The notes under the pieces are model-generated. The model was not told where the DNA came from, did not search any database, and saw only the letters and a list, made by a program, of their open reading frames with translations. DNA of 63,058 bases, counting the filler, from Chiloscyllium plagiosum (lineage: Eukaryota), in NCBI RefSeq assembly GCF_004010195.1. It is 6 parts of 6 records of this genome, joined end to end, with 100 filler letters (N's around TTAATTAATTAA, not from the genome) between each part and the next. Parts side by side here need not be neighbours in the genome. Positions count along the whole stretch, not along the records: positions 1 to 28,709 come from NC_057717.1; 5 more parts are not named here. One strand, 5' to 3'. Both the position numbers and the translations under genes were made by a program. Below, piece after piece: positions 13,430-26,550 of the stretch (positions are counted from its first letter, which is position 1; each line of letters begins with the position of its first letter).

Positions 13430-16140
13430 TGAGTCATAGAGTCATAGAGATGTACAGCATGGAAACAGACCCATTCGGTCTAACCCGTTCGTGCCTACCA
13501 GAAACCAAACCAGTCCCATCTGCCAGCACCCGGGTCATATCCCTCCAAACCCTTCTTATTCATATATTGATCCAATTGTCTCTTAAATGTTGCAATTTTA
13601 CCAGCCTCCACCACATCCTCTGGCTGCTCATTCCATCCACGTACCACCCTCTGCGTGAAAACTTTGCCTCTTAGGTCTCTTTTATATCTTTCCCCTCTGA
13701 TCCTAAACCTATGCCCTCTAGTTCTGGACTTCCCGACTCCAGGGAAAACACTTTGTCTATTTATCCTACCCATGCCCCACATAATTTTGTAAACCTCTAT
13801 AAGGTCACTCCTCAGCCTGCGACGCTTCAGGGAAAACAGCCTCAGACTGTTCAGCCTCTCTCTGTAGCTCAGATCCTCCAACCCTGCCAACATCCTTGTA
13901 AATCTTTTCTGAACCCTTTCAAGTTTCACAACATCTTTCCGATAGGAAGGAGACCAGACTTGCACGCAACATGCCAACAGTGGTCTAACCAATGTCCTGT
14001 ACATCCGCAACATGACCTCCCAACTCCTGTACTCAATACTCTGACTAATAAAGGAAAGCATACCAAACGCCGTATTCACTATCTGATCTCGCTGCGACTC
14101 CGCTTTCAATGAGCTATGAACCTGCACTCCAAGGTCTTTTTGTTCAGAAACACTCCCTAGGACCTGACCATTAAATGTATAAGTCATGCTAAGGTTTGCT
14201 TTCCCAAATTGCAGCACCTCACATTTATTTGAATTAATCTCCATCGGCCACTTCTCAGCCCATTGGCCCATCTGGTGCTGATCCTGTTGTAATCTGAGGT
14301 AACCCTCTTTGCTCGGAGAAAGTGAGGACTGCAGATCCTGGAGATCAGAGCTGAAAAATGTGTTGCTGGAAAAGCGAAGCAGGTCAGGCAGCATCCAAAT
14401 ATCAGGAGAATCGACGTTTCGGGAATAACCCTCTTCGCTGTCCACTACACTTCCCATTTGATGTCATCTGCAAACTTACTAATTGTACCTCTTAAGCTCG
14501 CATCCAAATCATTTATGTAAATTACATAAAGTAGAGGGCCGAGCTCCGATCCTTGTGGCACTCCATTGGTCACAGGCCTCCAGTCTGAAAAACAACCACC
14601 CACCACCACCTGTCTTCTTTGAGCCAGTTCTGTATCAAAATGGCTAGTTATCCCTGTACTCCATGAGATCTAACCTTGCTAACGATGTCTCCAGTGAGGA
14701 ACCCCTGTCGAACGCTTTACTGAACACCATATAGATCACATCTACTGCTCTGCCCTCATCAATAATCCTTGTTACTTCTTCAAAAAACTCAATCAAGTTT
14801 GTGAGACATGGTTTTTCACGCACAAAGCCATGTTGACTATGTCGAACCATTCCTTACCTTTGTAAATACATGTACATCCTGTCCCTCAGGATTCCCTCCA
14901 ACAACTTGCCCACCACTGAGGTAAGGCTCGCCGGTCTATAGTTCCCTAGATTGTCTTTACCGCCTTTCTTAAAGATTGTCACCACGTTTGCCAACCACCT
15001 GTCTTCTGGTACCTCACTTGTGACTATCGATGATACAAGTACCTCAGCAAGAGGCCCCGCAATCACCTCTCTAGCTTCCCACAGAGTTCTCGGGTACACC
15101 TGATCAGGTCCTGGGGATTTATCCACATTTAACCGTTTCAAGACATCCAGCACTTCCTCCTCTGTAATCTGGACATTTTGCAAGATGTCACCATCTATTT
15201 CCCTATTTCCCATCCAGGATATCGGTACCCCTCTGGTTAAGATGAAGACCTTCCAGCTTGTAGTGGTCCCACCTTTCCCAGAAAGAGCTCCAATTATCCA
15301 AAACCCCGAAACCCTCTCTCCTGCTCCATCCCTGTCACCACGTGTTCAACTCCTTTCTCTCCCTATTCCTCACCTCATTAGCACGGGGCACGGGCAGCAA
15401 ACCAGAGAAAAGAATTCCGTTTTTCCTAGCTCTAAGCTTCCATCGTAGCTCACTGAATTTCTGCCTCAAGTCCCCGTCTCTCTTCAGACCTATGTCGTTG
15501 GTGCCAATGTGGACCACGACTTGGGGCTGCCCCTCCTCCCCCCAGAGACATCATGGACCCTGGGACCCGGGAGGCAACACACCAACCGTGAGTCTCTCTC
15601 GTCCCCACAGAACTTCCTATCTGTTCCCCTAACTGTCGAGTCCCCAATGACTTATGCTCTGTTCCTCTTCCCCCTTCTCTTCCGAGCAGCAGGTGCCCCA
15701 CTGCTTTCCCCTGGTAAGTCATTCCCCCAACTGTATCCAAAGCGGTATACTTATTGTTGAGGAGAATGGCCACAGGGGATCCATGCACTGCCTGCCTGTT
15801 CCCTTTCTGTCCGCTAACTGTAACCCATCTCTCTTTTTCTTTATTGTGGTGAGTGACTACCTCTCTGTAAGTCCTGTCAATAAACCCCTCTGCCTCCCGA
15901 ATGATCCGAAGTTCATCCAACTCCAGCTCTAGTTCCCTAACGAGGTTATCAAGGAGCTTGTGTTGGGTGCACTTCCTACAGATGTAGTCAGCACGGACAC
16001 TAGTGGTGACCCTTACTTCTCACATTCTGCAGGAGGAGCATTCCACTGCCCTAAACTCCATTCCCACTATTCTAACTCCCGAAGTGATTACTGAAAAAAA
16101 GGATAAAGGAAATAAACTAGTTACCTTACCTTGTCAATCT
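13430..16140 (-). mobile_element. CR1/HER1-type LINE (ORF1 with Zn-finger and SGNH esterase; internally deleted ORF2 RT; 3' tail)
   Basis: ORF1 VHIGTNDIG plus Cys motifs near 15960-16040. ORF2 KSPGPDQVYPRTL, NYRPASLTS, SQHGF, YRTLVRPLL..WSP, LERVQKRFTRM, RTRGH. 3' repeat tail at ~13430-13450. Interrupted at ~14313-14425 by a Penelope-tail copy flanked by a TAACCCTCTT duplication. Confidence 0.95.
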
Positions 16141-16394
16141 GGCGCCCACAACAATTTTTAAGTTAGAGGAAGAGGATGGGTGGGAGACACTACCCGAGTA
16201 ATGTCTCAGGTAACACAACCACGCAAATACAAATTGTTCTACTTACCCTTCCCAGAAGTCTTTGCTCGCTCCTCCCTTGCTGGTTTGAAGATAAGAAGTT
16301 TAAATATAATTACCAGCCTTCCCGACAATCACCTCGCACCAACGTCACCTCCTCCCGGCTCCCGCCTCTCGCAGCTCCGAAGCGGACCATTGGC

Positions 16395-16530
16395 CTTAAG
16401 GTAACCTCCAGATACATCGCATCATCCAGCACTGACAAACGGACCCCACCACCAGCAGTATAGTTCCCTTCCCACCGCTGTCCACTTTCTGTAAAGACCA
16501 TTCCCTCTGCGACAACCTGTTCAGGTCCAA
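16395..16530 (+). mobile_element. Penelope-like element internal fragment
   Basis: Degenerate NLQIHRII...QTDPTT..FPSHRLSTFCKDHSLCDNLFRS linker of a Penelope-like ORF. Confidence 0.55.
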
Positions 16531-17639
16531 AGAATGGGCATGACTGAGGATTTGAGGCTTGCAGTAGATCATGATGAATTGTGCAGCATGGGATGAATGG
16601 AATACTTCTGCTTCTTTTCCGTAATTTCTTGTTCAGCTATCACTCATTCAGCAGTTGATTTCCAGGAGGTTACGTTGTAAAATGTTGCATACAGGGTGAT
16701 CAGTGTGTTTGTTAAACTAAGCCTGGCCAATGATAGATGTTCCGTACACAATGAATCTTTGTTTACGGTAGAACTGACAAATGAAGCAGAACTTGCAGAG
16801 GGAATAAGCTGTATAAAGTGGGGCCTGTCAGATGTTCGCCAGCCAACCCGTGTTTCCATCGCGTAGTTTCTCAGTCTACAGGCCACGGTACATGACAGTC
16901 TTTCGAGACTCTGAAAACTTATCTCCTGTTTCGATCCACAGGTTTGAAATCTGAAATGTTCTCCCATTGCACCTGGGAAGCAGATTCCGAGTGCTGAATA
17001 AAAAAGAGGAACGTATGGTTGAGGAACAGGAGTAGGTAACTTGACGATTCGATGAAGTTCTTCCAATGATTTAGACCATGGCTGATCTATTTGTGATCTC
17101 AGCCGTACATTTCTGTCTATCCATGTCATCCATCATTCGCTCATCTGTCAAAAATCTAACCGAACCTCAAAATAAATTAGAGGCACAGAATGCGTGAAGT
17201 TGTTTGACACACAATTCTGCATTCTGGTCATCATTACTAAGTCTTCAAAACTGCCTGGCTGATTTTTGGAATGATTACTCTTTCCTCCTCGATGCCCATC
17301 CACAGATCACAGAAAATATTTAATGTAACCAGTTCTATGACATGGCCACAAATTAGAACGGAAGCTGTTACAAAAAGAGAGCCCTCGCCTGATCTGTGGA
17401 GAGAAAGCAGATTGAAACTATGAGGTTCAGAGACTCGTGTTCAGAAGAGCATCGTGTTATGGTCAATTATTTAACTGTATCAGGTTCAGCGTAAAGAACA
17501 AACCAACCAGGGTTCTTTAGTCAGCAGTAAATAAAGTTTCTTTTTTCAAAGATCACTTTCTGCAACAACGGTGCAAAGACATCTGACGAACATTATAGAA
17601 TATGCAATGCTGCTGAATTATGTACAATTCGATAAAATG

Positions 17640-17830
17640 GTGACACATGTGTACACAGTGACACGACACAGAGAAACAAGCTGACACAGACACACTGACT
17701 CACACGCATATATTTGAATGCATACTAAACATAGACACACACGCAAAAAGACACACTGCCATAGAGACACATCCGTGCATACAGACACGCATAAACCCAT
17801 TAACACATTTAGACGGACAGACACTTTGTC
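17640..17830. repeat. Degenerate (CA)n-rich microsatellite
   Basis: ACAC/GACAC-rich low-complexity tract. Confidence 0.8.
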
Positions 17831-18999
17831 GAAGGAACAGACAAAGTACTAACAAAACGAAAACTGACTGATCGTGACGAATGCCATTACAAAGTTATTC
17901 ATACCATGCAATCGTCTGTCTTTGGAGGTTCATTCTCGTACATCTATATTTGGTTCACTTCCCCTTTGTGATATACAGTGGAAAGATGCCAATGTAACAT
18001 CTATAGGACTCATGAAGGACGAAAAGATTTTCACCAAGCAGAGAGAAAAATAAATCAATTTCAATATTGTTATATTCTGAACAAAGAAGCTACGTATTAT
18101 ATTCCTTAAAATCATGCGCCATCTATGAATCTACAATCGGATATTCCCCATTCATTGATCCATGAACTTTGTAAAACGTTGGCAAATCATCATTACAGAA
18201 AATGCTTTCTGTTGCACGGAATTGAAAGCTGAGCAATTCCTCTGTCAAACCATTTGGAGTGCTCTCAAACCCTTTTATGTGGGCCATTGAATTTAAAATA
18301 AACTTTGTGGAGTACTTCAGCCACTTGTTTTTGATCGCAGCTTAGGATGCGTATTTGTATTGTCAAATTATTTTATTTCACTTGCAGTATTAAGTGCATT
18401 TTAATTTCGTCTGATGTTTCAGGTATGGTATCCTTGGAGCAGGTGTTGTCTCCATATATCTTGATACTGTGCACAAATTCAATCTCCAGTTACATAAGTT
18501 AGCTCAGCGCTTGCATCATTTTCCAGTCTCAACATCTCTGGATGTTTTTGAGACAGTTAGAAAATCCTACACCGTTCCACGACAGAAATTAATCTCTGAG
18601 ACAAAACTTGTGACACTTCAGAACAGCTCATCAATTAATCTCGCACAATTTGGCATTAGCTATCCAGATTGCCACCGTCAGTGACTTTATCATCGTTGCG
18701 TTCCAGTTGCAACATTACAATGTGCTGAAACTGCAAGGAAATTAAAACTTTGAAAATGCTTTCAAATAAAATTCAGATACTGATAAATGCATGAGCATCA
18801 TCCAACTTTCCTAAAACGTCCCACTAATTAATAAATAGTGGCTCTGAACTCTCAAATAATTGAATGCTTCTCCAGGAAGATTAGGAAGCAAATCAACTCT
18901 TGCCAACCAGTCTGCCTCAGTCCTCTGAAGTTCACATTTTCCCAGCACTGAACTTCGGACAGAGCACGCGCCTAATCATCGTCTATGACTCTGCCTTCG

Positions 19000-19800
19000 G
19001 GATGCAATGATAAATTCTCCCTGAATGTTGGCAAAACAAAACAACTGACCGCTGATATCAGGAAGAAAGGAAAAAACTTGCCCCCATCTGCATCAATGGA
19101 ACTGACATTGTTAGGGTGGAGCGCATTAACTTCCTCAGCGTGATGAAAAACAACAACCTGTTTTGGGCTTCCCGTACATATGCGATGGTCAAGAAGGCAC
19201 AACAACGCATCTTCTTCCTCAGATGGTTTCGGAAATTTGGCATTTCTATAAAGACCTTCATCAATATTACAGATTCTTAATGGAAAACATACTGTTCGGG
19301 TGCAGATCGTCCGGGTGTGACAATTGCTCTGCCCAGCATCATAAGAACATACAGAAGGTTGTGTGTACAGCCCAGACCTCTACGGAAGCCACCCTCGCAT
19401 GAATGGACAATATTTACACTTCTTGTTGCGACGGAGAGGCTGACAACATCAACACTGATCACCCCACACAGGTAATGCTCTCCTAATAACCAGTTTCGTT
19501 CGGCAGAACATACATAAGATTGAAACAAATGCACGTACAAGTTCAAGAGAAGCTTCTTCCCTGCCACCACGAGACTGATGAAAGGATCCTTTAACGTCAT
19601 ATTATATTGATTGTTTTCATATTGATCTTGCTTCGTGCACTGCCTGTGCAGTATCACCTCTGTGTTTCACTCCGCCAATGCACCCTATGATATATCTGTC
19701 CTTATTTGCTGTGATCTGCCTGTACTGCTCACAAACAAGACTTTTCACAATGATGAAGTACACATGAATACAAGATCTTAAATCAAATAAATCAAATTAA
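19000..19800 (+). mobile_element. Rex1/Babar-type non-LTR retrotransposon, 3' part, decayed
   Basis: LNVGKTKQLTADIRK..PICINGTDIVRVERINFLSV..VKKAQQRIFFLRWFRKFG. Ends in an (AAATC)n-like tail at ~19780-19800. Confidence 0.75.
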
Positions 19801-22429
19801 CCATCACATAGTCACACCTGAGGAACAAAGGGATGTTCTCACTGGTGTTTTCACCTTCAAATATCGCTAAATGAACATTATATGAACAGGAAAGCAATTT
19901 GTATTTTTGTTACCTCATTTGTTTTGTTTGTGAGACCCTATTGTTTATATTGAATCAATAGTTTCTCTATCACGAACATGACTGCACATCAAAAAAACAT
20001 GTCAGTGCACATAAATTCCACGTGAATTTTATTTCATGTCAATGTTTTTATCGAATATGACGTTTCGAATAAAGCTGCAACAAAGTTCCCTGAAAGCTCG
20101 CACTGTGCACACATTTTTCAATTTCAATCTCTGACAGGCTAAGGACTCAGCACTTGTAAAATCCTGTGCTAAGTATAACAAAAAATCTTCCCTTCACTCC
20201 ATGTTTTCTAAGTCTGCAATCTCAGTCTCTGAGTCAGAGTTCAAGAATTTGCTTCCATTGGAAATAAAACGGCACAGAAACAGTATCGTAAATATTTCTA
20301 GCAATGTCACCCGCTTGAAATACAATGTGCATTCTTTTTTGTTCTATATTCGCAGTCGTCTTCTTATTCATTCCATATCAGTAAACGCTCTCGTTTTGAC
20401 TTCTAACAGTTGTCAGCCAATACTATGCCTTCTAGAGATATGTTCTATTCTGTTTGTGTTGAAGAAGGCTACACACCCAGTGGTGCAGTTTTTATCCCCT
20501 TCATACAGGTACTATTTCAACAGTTTTGAGTTCTCAATGGGTGATTTTAAAGTAAGACAGAAGAATCATGATGTGAAGTCAGGTTCACATAGATCCAAAG
20601 AGACTTTGCATTTGCTTTCAGTGAGTTGGTGATTTTACCAGCTTTTGGAGTTGAATCTTCGAGTTCGCAAGGGAGACTTCCGCTTAAACTTCAAAAGCGG
20701 CAGATTATTTCTTATTATTTGCCTCTACCAAGGATATGTTTATTGAATGCTGCGTATATTGTAAGACCTGATGATTTGTGAGAAAATGGTAAATTTTCTT
20801 GTCACGAAATTTAATATAATGCAGAAAGAGGCACTTGCGCACTTCAAGTTTGCACCGACATAGTTTGCCCTTCCGTACTAGAGCAGCGTTGACTTTCCTC
20901 TTTCCCTTCTTCTTCATGAATTCGTCCACGTCATGTTTAATGAAAGCTGCTATTATGTTCCTCTACTGCTATACCGCTTTCTCTTTGGCATCCCGTTCCA
21001 AATATCCGCCACTTGTCGTGTTTTGAGTACCTTAAAACTCACTGCATTATGGTCACTACTCCAGAAATTCTGCCCTAAATGAAATTTTACTCACCTGGAG
21101 GTGCTCTTTTGCCATATTCATGTCCATGGTTGGAAAGTATACATCCTCTGTCAAGAAACCCTCCTGAACTGACGTTACACATTCTGCACTACAAGGCCTA
21201 TGAACGAAGTGAGAACCAACCAGTGCAGGGGAAGTTAAAATCATTCCGCAGAACAACCCACATCATCCTTAATGGTGTAAAACGGAACATAAATTCGTGC
21301 ACCACTTTTATTTTAAAGAAACGATATTTAGTATCTCGAATATCTCCAAAACATAGGTTTGTAATTTGAGTTTAATCCAAAACAATATAAACGGGATTTT
21401 AAGTTTTACTTGTAACTAAGTCCTTCTGACATATCACTTGACCTGTGCAGACTGACGGGAAGCGTTTAATTTCAAATTCTTTGTGTAATTTTTAAAGTTT
21501 GTTAACAACCATAAGGCGAACTATTGCTGGAATAGCTCACTCTACGACGACCAGGTGAAATCTCTAACTTACTTCAGCAATTGCCTAAAAGCTTCACAAT
21601 AGACATTAATCTCTCTGTTTGCTGCTTCTAAAAAAAACCCTCAGTTACTGTATTTATGTTGAAATATGAAACATTTTACATGGCAATTGACACTCCTTTT
21701 TGTCCTCATGACATTTATCTAGTTTGCTTCATATGTCAACGTGTATATGTAGAAATATATGCAACACATTGTAATTCCCTGAGAGAATGATAAACCTTGT
21801 GAGTCCAGTGGCGGTGACAGGAGATTTTGGGATGGAGATCTGCTTGACATTAACGATATTTTTGATACAAACGTAAAATTTATATTTGGATGAAAAATAA
21901 TTTAATTTGAGATGCAAGATAAAATTAGAGCGTGGTTTCTCATTTGGATTTTACTTCAAATCGCAATTATCTTTAACTTTGGGAGAGATAGACATTTTAG
22001 AGAGAAGTTAACTTATTCATAAAGATAATTCCAGTGTTCGGCTTATAGTTTGAATTGCGCTTTATCTGATTAGTGTATATCTCATGTGAGATGTTGAGGT
22101 TATTTGCAAGGAAGGGTTTTGTTATTTTATTTTGTGTAGTATTCACTTAAAGGCAAACGTTTAGCAAAGAGGAAGATGATAACTAGCCATGGTAACATTA
22201 GAGTTCTACGTGTCAAGAATGTTTGAAATTTGTTGGATAATGTGTTTGGTTCAATTTTGACAAGAGACCGAATCGGAATGAATTACATTAAAACAATATT
22301 TAGAGAATAGGAGTTGTAGGAGCACTGGGCACAATCATTCCATTTTCTGAGACGAGATGGGATGGGATGGTGTCAGAAGACTATAATATTGCAACGAGGA
22401 GAAACTAAGGACTGCACAAGCTGGAAATT

Positions 22430-22830
22430 AGGGTCGAAAAGTGTGATGCTGGAAAGGTACAGCCCGTTAGGCAGCATCTGATCAGCATGAGAGTAGAAAG
22501 TGAGGATTGCAGATGCTGGAAATCGGAGTCAAAATGTGTGGTGTTGGAAAAGCTTAATTCTTGATGAAAGGCTTATGCTCGAAACGTCGATTCTCCTGTC
22601 CTCGGATACAGCCTAACCAGCTGTGCTTTTCCAGCACTAGACCTTTACACTAAATATTGCATTTGCGTTATTTAGAAGCACAAGCTTTCGGAGCGCTGCT
22701 CCTTCATCATGTGATTGTGGATATGGATCAGCGCTCAGAAAACTGGTGCTTCTAACTAAACGTGCTGGACTATAACCTGGTGTTGAGTGATTTTTAACTA
22801 TGTACACTCCAGTGCAATCCTGGCGTCTCC
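22430..22830. repeat. Cluster of Penelope-like terminal repeats in head-to-head and inverted arrangement
   Basis: GAAAGTGAGGATTGCAGATGCTGG and GAAACGTCGATTCTCCTG copies, plus an inverted pair of the GAAAGCT..GTGCTTC..AAACGTGCTGGACTATAACCTGGTGTTG repeat. Confidence 0.65.
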
Positions 22831-23429
22831 AAATAAAGGTAATGAAAGCCATGAATTGAGTCAATAGCCAGATACTTCCACCGCCCTCCCCTCCCCCGCA
22901 GGATTGACTGGCACGAGGATATCAGGAGGAAGGTATAGAAGAAATGTCAGAGGTAGGTGCTTTACGCAGAGTTGTTAATGCATGGAATGCGTTGCCAGCG
23001 CTTTTGATGGGAGCAGAGTCATTAGGGCATTTAAGCGACTGCATTTCATGCTCATTTACGGCAGTGAATTGAGGGGTACGCAGGTTAGGTTACTTTATTT
23101 TAGATTTGGGAATAATCCTCAACATAACATCGTGGGTCGAAGGGCCTGTTGTGTGCCATACATTGCTATGTTTAATTGTTAGTCGCATGGAATATGACAG
23201 CTTGAATTGAAAAAAATGGATTTACAAAATGTAATTTTGTTTAATGGACTTATTGAAGATTTTGCAATTGGTAACTGAAGGACTAAATGAGTGCAACAGT
23301 GTTCATTTGTTGTTCCAAAAGTTTTAATGGCTTTGTGTAACTCTTTTTCACACATTTGCTAACGAATGTGCTGTGTATTTGACGCTACTGGAATAAAAAA
23401 AAATTCTGGAAGAAGTCTTTCGCATGCTC

Positions 23430-24303
23430 TCAGTAGCACTCTTTCGTTTTCAGTCGAAGCATTGATTTGATGGGATTCTACATTGCACCCTTGAGTGGCT
23501 TTCTAAACTTGGACTGAATTGATCCATATATTAAGTTGTTTATGCAGCAACTTAAATTGCACAGCATGAATCCAACTGTTTGCAATATGAATTCGAAAGT
23601 TTTGTAATCTCTTCTATTTGCTCCTCTAATGTTATAGAATAAGTAATAAATATATCACACACCTTCGACAAAAGAAGGAAGCTGCCAGCTCAGCTGAAGA
23701 GTAAAATCTCAGATGTCCTCCTGCTCTCCATTTCTGCGTAATTATAATTATCTTTAGTGCTCTGACATCTCAGTCTCTTCCAGATGTGACTGCTCACAAA
23801 CATGTGTCGGAAGGTCAGACGTTTCAGTAAAACAAAATTAAAACGAATGGGAGGAAATAATAAGATCACACCAAGCCAGGAGTATTATAACAGAACCATG
23901 ACACATATTATATGACCTCACCAGCTTCCAGTATAAAGCAATGAGGCATGTTTTTTCAAACAGAGGTGAACACCAATCGTTGCTTAAACCACGGCTGCTG
24001 TTCTCTCAGAGAAGTATGTTCCACTCAGACACTGACAACTAATGGCTCCAAACCAATCAATTGTTTAATTAACGGTGTACCAGACTGAATATCCTGTTGT
24101 TGCACAATGCAGGGCATGGGTAACTCTACACTCAGCTGTAATGAGAAAGAAACATGATGGGATATAATAAGTGATCCGCCACAGTATGTATTCTGTGATA
24201 ACAAGCAGTAGAAGTGCAATTGCCATAGCCAGTAACTAACGAGTGATACAAATCAAAAAGCCACATTTTCCATGTGACAGCATCAATATAGCAACTACAT
24301 CTA
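23430..24303 (-). pseudogene. Main (7TM) exon of a GPR139/GPR142-like GPCR pseudogene
   Basis: Minus strand reads VVAILMLSHGKCGFLICITR*LLAMAIALLLLVITEYILWRI..YSVWYTVN*TIDWFGAISCQ..SERTAAVV*..LTFRHMFVSSHIWKRLRCQS..EMESRRTSEILLFS*AGSF..VGFMLCNLSCCINNLIYGSIQSKFRK. These match the family motifs RGKCG, DRFVAICC, EMESRRKS and LSCCTNTFIY. Several stops and frameshifts. Confidence 0.9.
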
Positions 24304-25039
24304 CGGTCATTGAAACAGAACAACAAAAGAAGGATATGTTAAATCATTCCACCTGACAATAGTTCAACATTCTTATTTGTTTATGCTGGATCAGTATGTA
24401 CACATTGAAAAATCTCCTAAGACAATTTTAGGAAATACAAATTAATGAAATAAAATAAAAGATATTTCAAATGGTGATTTTGTTGTATGAAAGCCCAAAA
24501 TGTGTAAAGTTGACTGATCTGTCAAAGATGTCCGAGTCTCCCAGCAATGATTAAAAGTTGTTAACCTGAGGATAGAATGGTCAAACTAGACAGAGACGGT
24601 GCACTGACATGAATGGGAATGTGAATGGGCAATTACATAACAACTCCGAGTTCATGAAGGATTAAATCACTCATATTCTGGAACATTCTAGATGGAACAA
24701 GGTATTAATTGAGTTTTAGGAGAATGTAGAATGGAAATATCTAATTTCGCTATGTGATTGTCCATTATAACAAGACGATACAAGTTATGCAATACTTGTA
24801 GTTTATTCTGAATTACTTTACCCTGATGGGTTATATCGAAACAATGCGAAAGAGGAGATCAGTTGTTGAATGGACTGAGAGTTGAGAAAAAGCATACCAT
24901 AGTGAAATGTGTATGAAGTGCATGCGAATGTTGGGGAATTCTGTTCTGCAAGGAATGGTGATGAGTACCTTGTCATTTGCAATTTTCATAAACAGTGAAT
25001 TTGAAAAGCAGAAGCACGTTTCACAACATAGACATATAA

Positions 25040-25175
25040 CCTGAAGGAGAAAGTGAGGACTGCAGATGCTGGAGATCAGAGCTGAAAATGTGTTGCTGGA
25101 AAAACGCAGCAGGTCAGGCAGCATCCAAGGAGCAGGAGAATCAACGTTTCGGACATGAGCCCTTCTTCAGGAAAA
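25040..25175 (-). repeat. Penelope-like terminal repeat copy
   Basis: GGAGAAAGTGAGGACTGCAGATGCTGGAGATCAGAGCTGAAAATGTGTTGCTGG..., near-identical to 14315-14425 and 56320-56360. Confidence 0.75.
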
Positions 25176-25904
25176 AAGACTCATTGCATTATGGGAAGAC
25201 AAATCTGGTCACAACTGAAAGTGAATGATAGTGCAATGATTCATGTTACCGAACATTGTCGCCTGGTGATTCAGATAAAAAGATTATTAGAGTGGCAATG
25301 ATAGGGCAATGGGTGGCTTTGTCGAACACGGGGACCCGATGGGTGAGATACATAGATTCTTGACAGAAGAAGGTGTTTGCAAAATTTGTTTTAATTGCAC
25401 AGAACATTGAGTATATGGGTTGAGACTTTGTGTTGCAGCAGTAGCTGACATTGGAATGAACTGCCAGAGGAAGTGGTAAATGCAGATACAGTTACAATAT
25501 TTCTAAGACATTTGGACAGGCACAGGAACTGAATAGATCTCGATAGATATGGGCCAAACGCAGGCTAATGGAATTCGTTTAATTTGGGAACCCTGGTTGG
25601 TATGGATAAGCAGTGCTGAAGGATCTGTTTGTGTTGTACGACTATCTGACGCTCTGACTTTATGGTGCAGTAGGCTCAAAGTAGGAAGCTGGTGAGCTAG
25701 TGGGGGATAGATTGTTAATGTGATAGAGTTTGAGCTGGTAGGCGGTGAAATGTTGGATGGCTGCTGGCTAAGCATGCATGCACAAAAGTCTGGCAGTGTG
25801 GCTCAAGGGAAATTATAATGGTCACAAGGAAATAATTTGATCGCGTTGTGCTTGGTAGGAGAGAGGTACTATGAGCAGAAATGCAGGAAGTCTATCTGGT
25901 ACCA

Positions 25905-26550
25905 AGATGGTTAGTTGAGTGGTCAGCAGGCTGCAGGGCTGGATGGTTGAGAGGTGGGTAGTGTGCCAGGCTGGTAAGTTGAAAGGTGAGGGTAGTGCGG
26001 AATTGGTTGGGTTGAGGTGGGCTGGCTGCTAGTCTGGTTTGTTGAGTTGTCAACAGGGTACCAGGCTGGTAAGTTGAGAGAAGGGCAGGGTGTCAGGCTG
26101 GTTAGTTGAGAGTCCAATAGGTTATCATTCTGGTTAGTTCAGTGCTGCTCAGGGTGTCGGAGCAGTTAGTAGAGAATTTGGCAGAGTACCTGGGTGTTTA
26201 GTTGAGAAGTGGGCAGTGTGCCGGGTCTTGAGTTGAGATGTTGGCAGGATGTCAGACTGGTTATATGAGAGGTCGGAAGAGTGTCGAACTGGTTAATTGA
26301 GAGGTGGGCGAGTGTTTAGATGGGCGGTTGAGTGGGAAGCAGGGTGCTGGGCTGGTAAGTTGAGCGGTTTGCAGGGTGTCGGACCGATTAGTTGAGAGGT
26401 GAGCAGGGTGCCAGCCTGGTTATTTGAGAGGTGGGCAGGCTATTGGGTTGGTTAGTTGAGAGGTGGACAGTGTGTCAGACTGATTAGTTGAGAGGTGGGT
26501 GGCCAGTCGGGTTGGTGAGTTGAGTGGCTCAGAAGGGTATTGGGCTGTGG
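25905..26550 (+). repeat. Degenerate G-rich ~31-32-bp tandem array (~20 units)
   Basis: Consensus about CTGGTTAGTTGAGAGGTGGGCAGGGTGTCAGG. TGAG recurs at 26425, 26457 and 26489 (32-bp period). Confidence 0.9.

Noticed and set aside
18430-18740. Minus-strand acceptor-like site followed by a vaguely V-like stretch and CACAGTA...ACAACACCT
   Set aside because: Multiple stops, no clear V motifs, and the spacer is 15 nt rather than 12 or 23.
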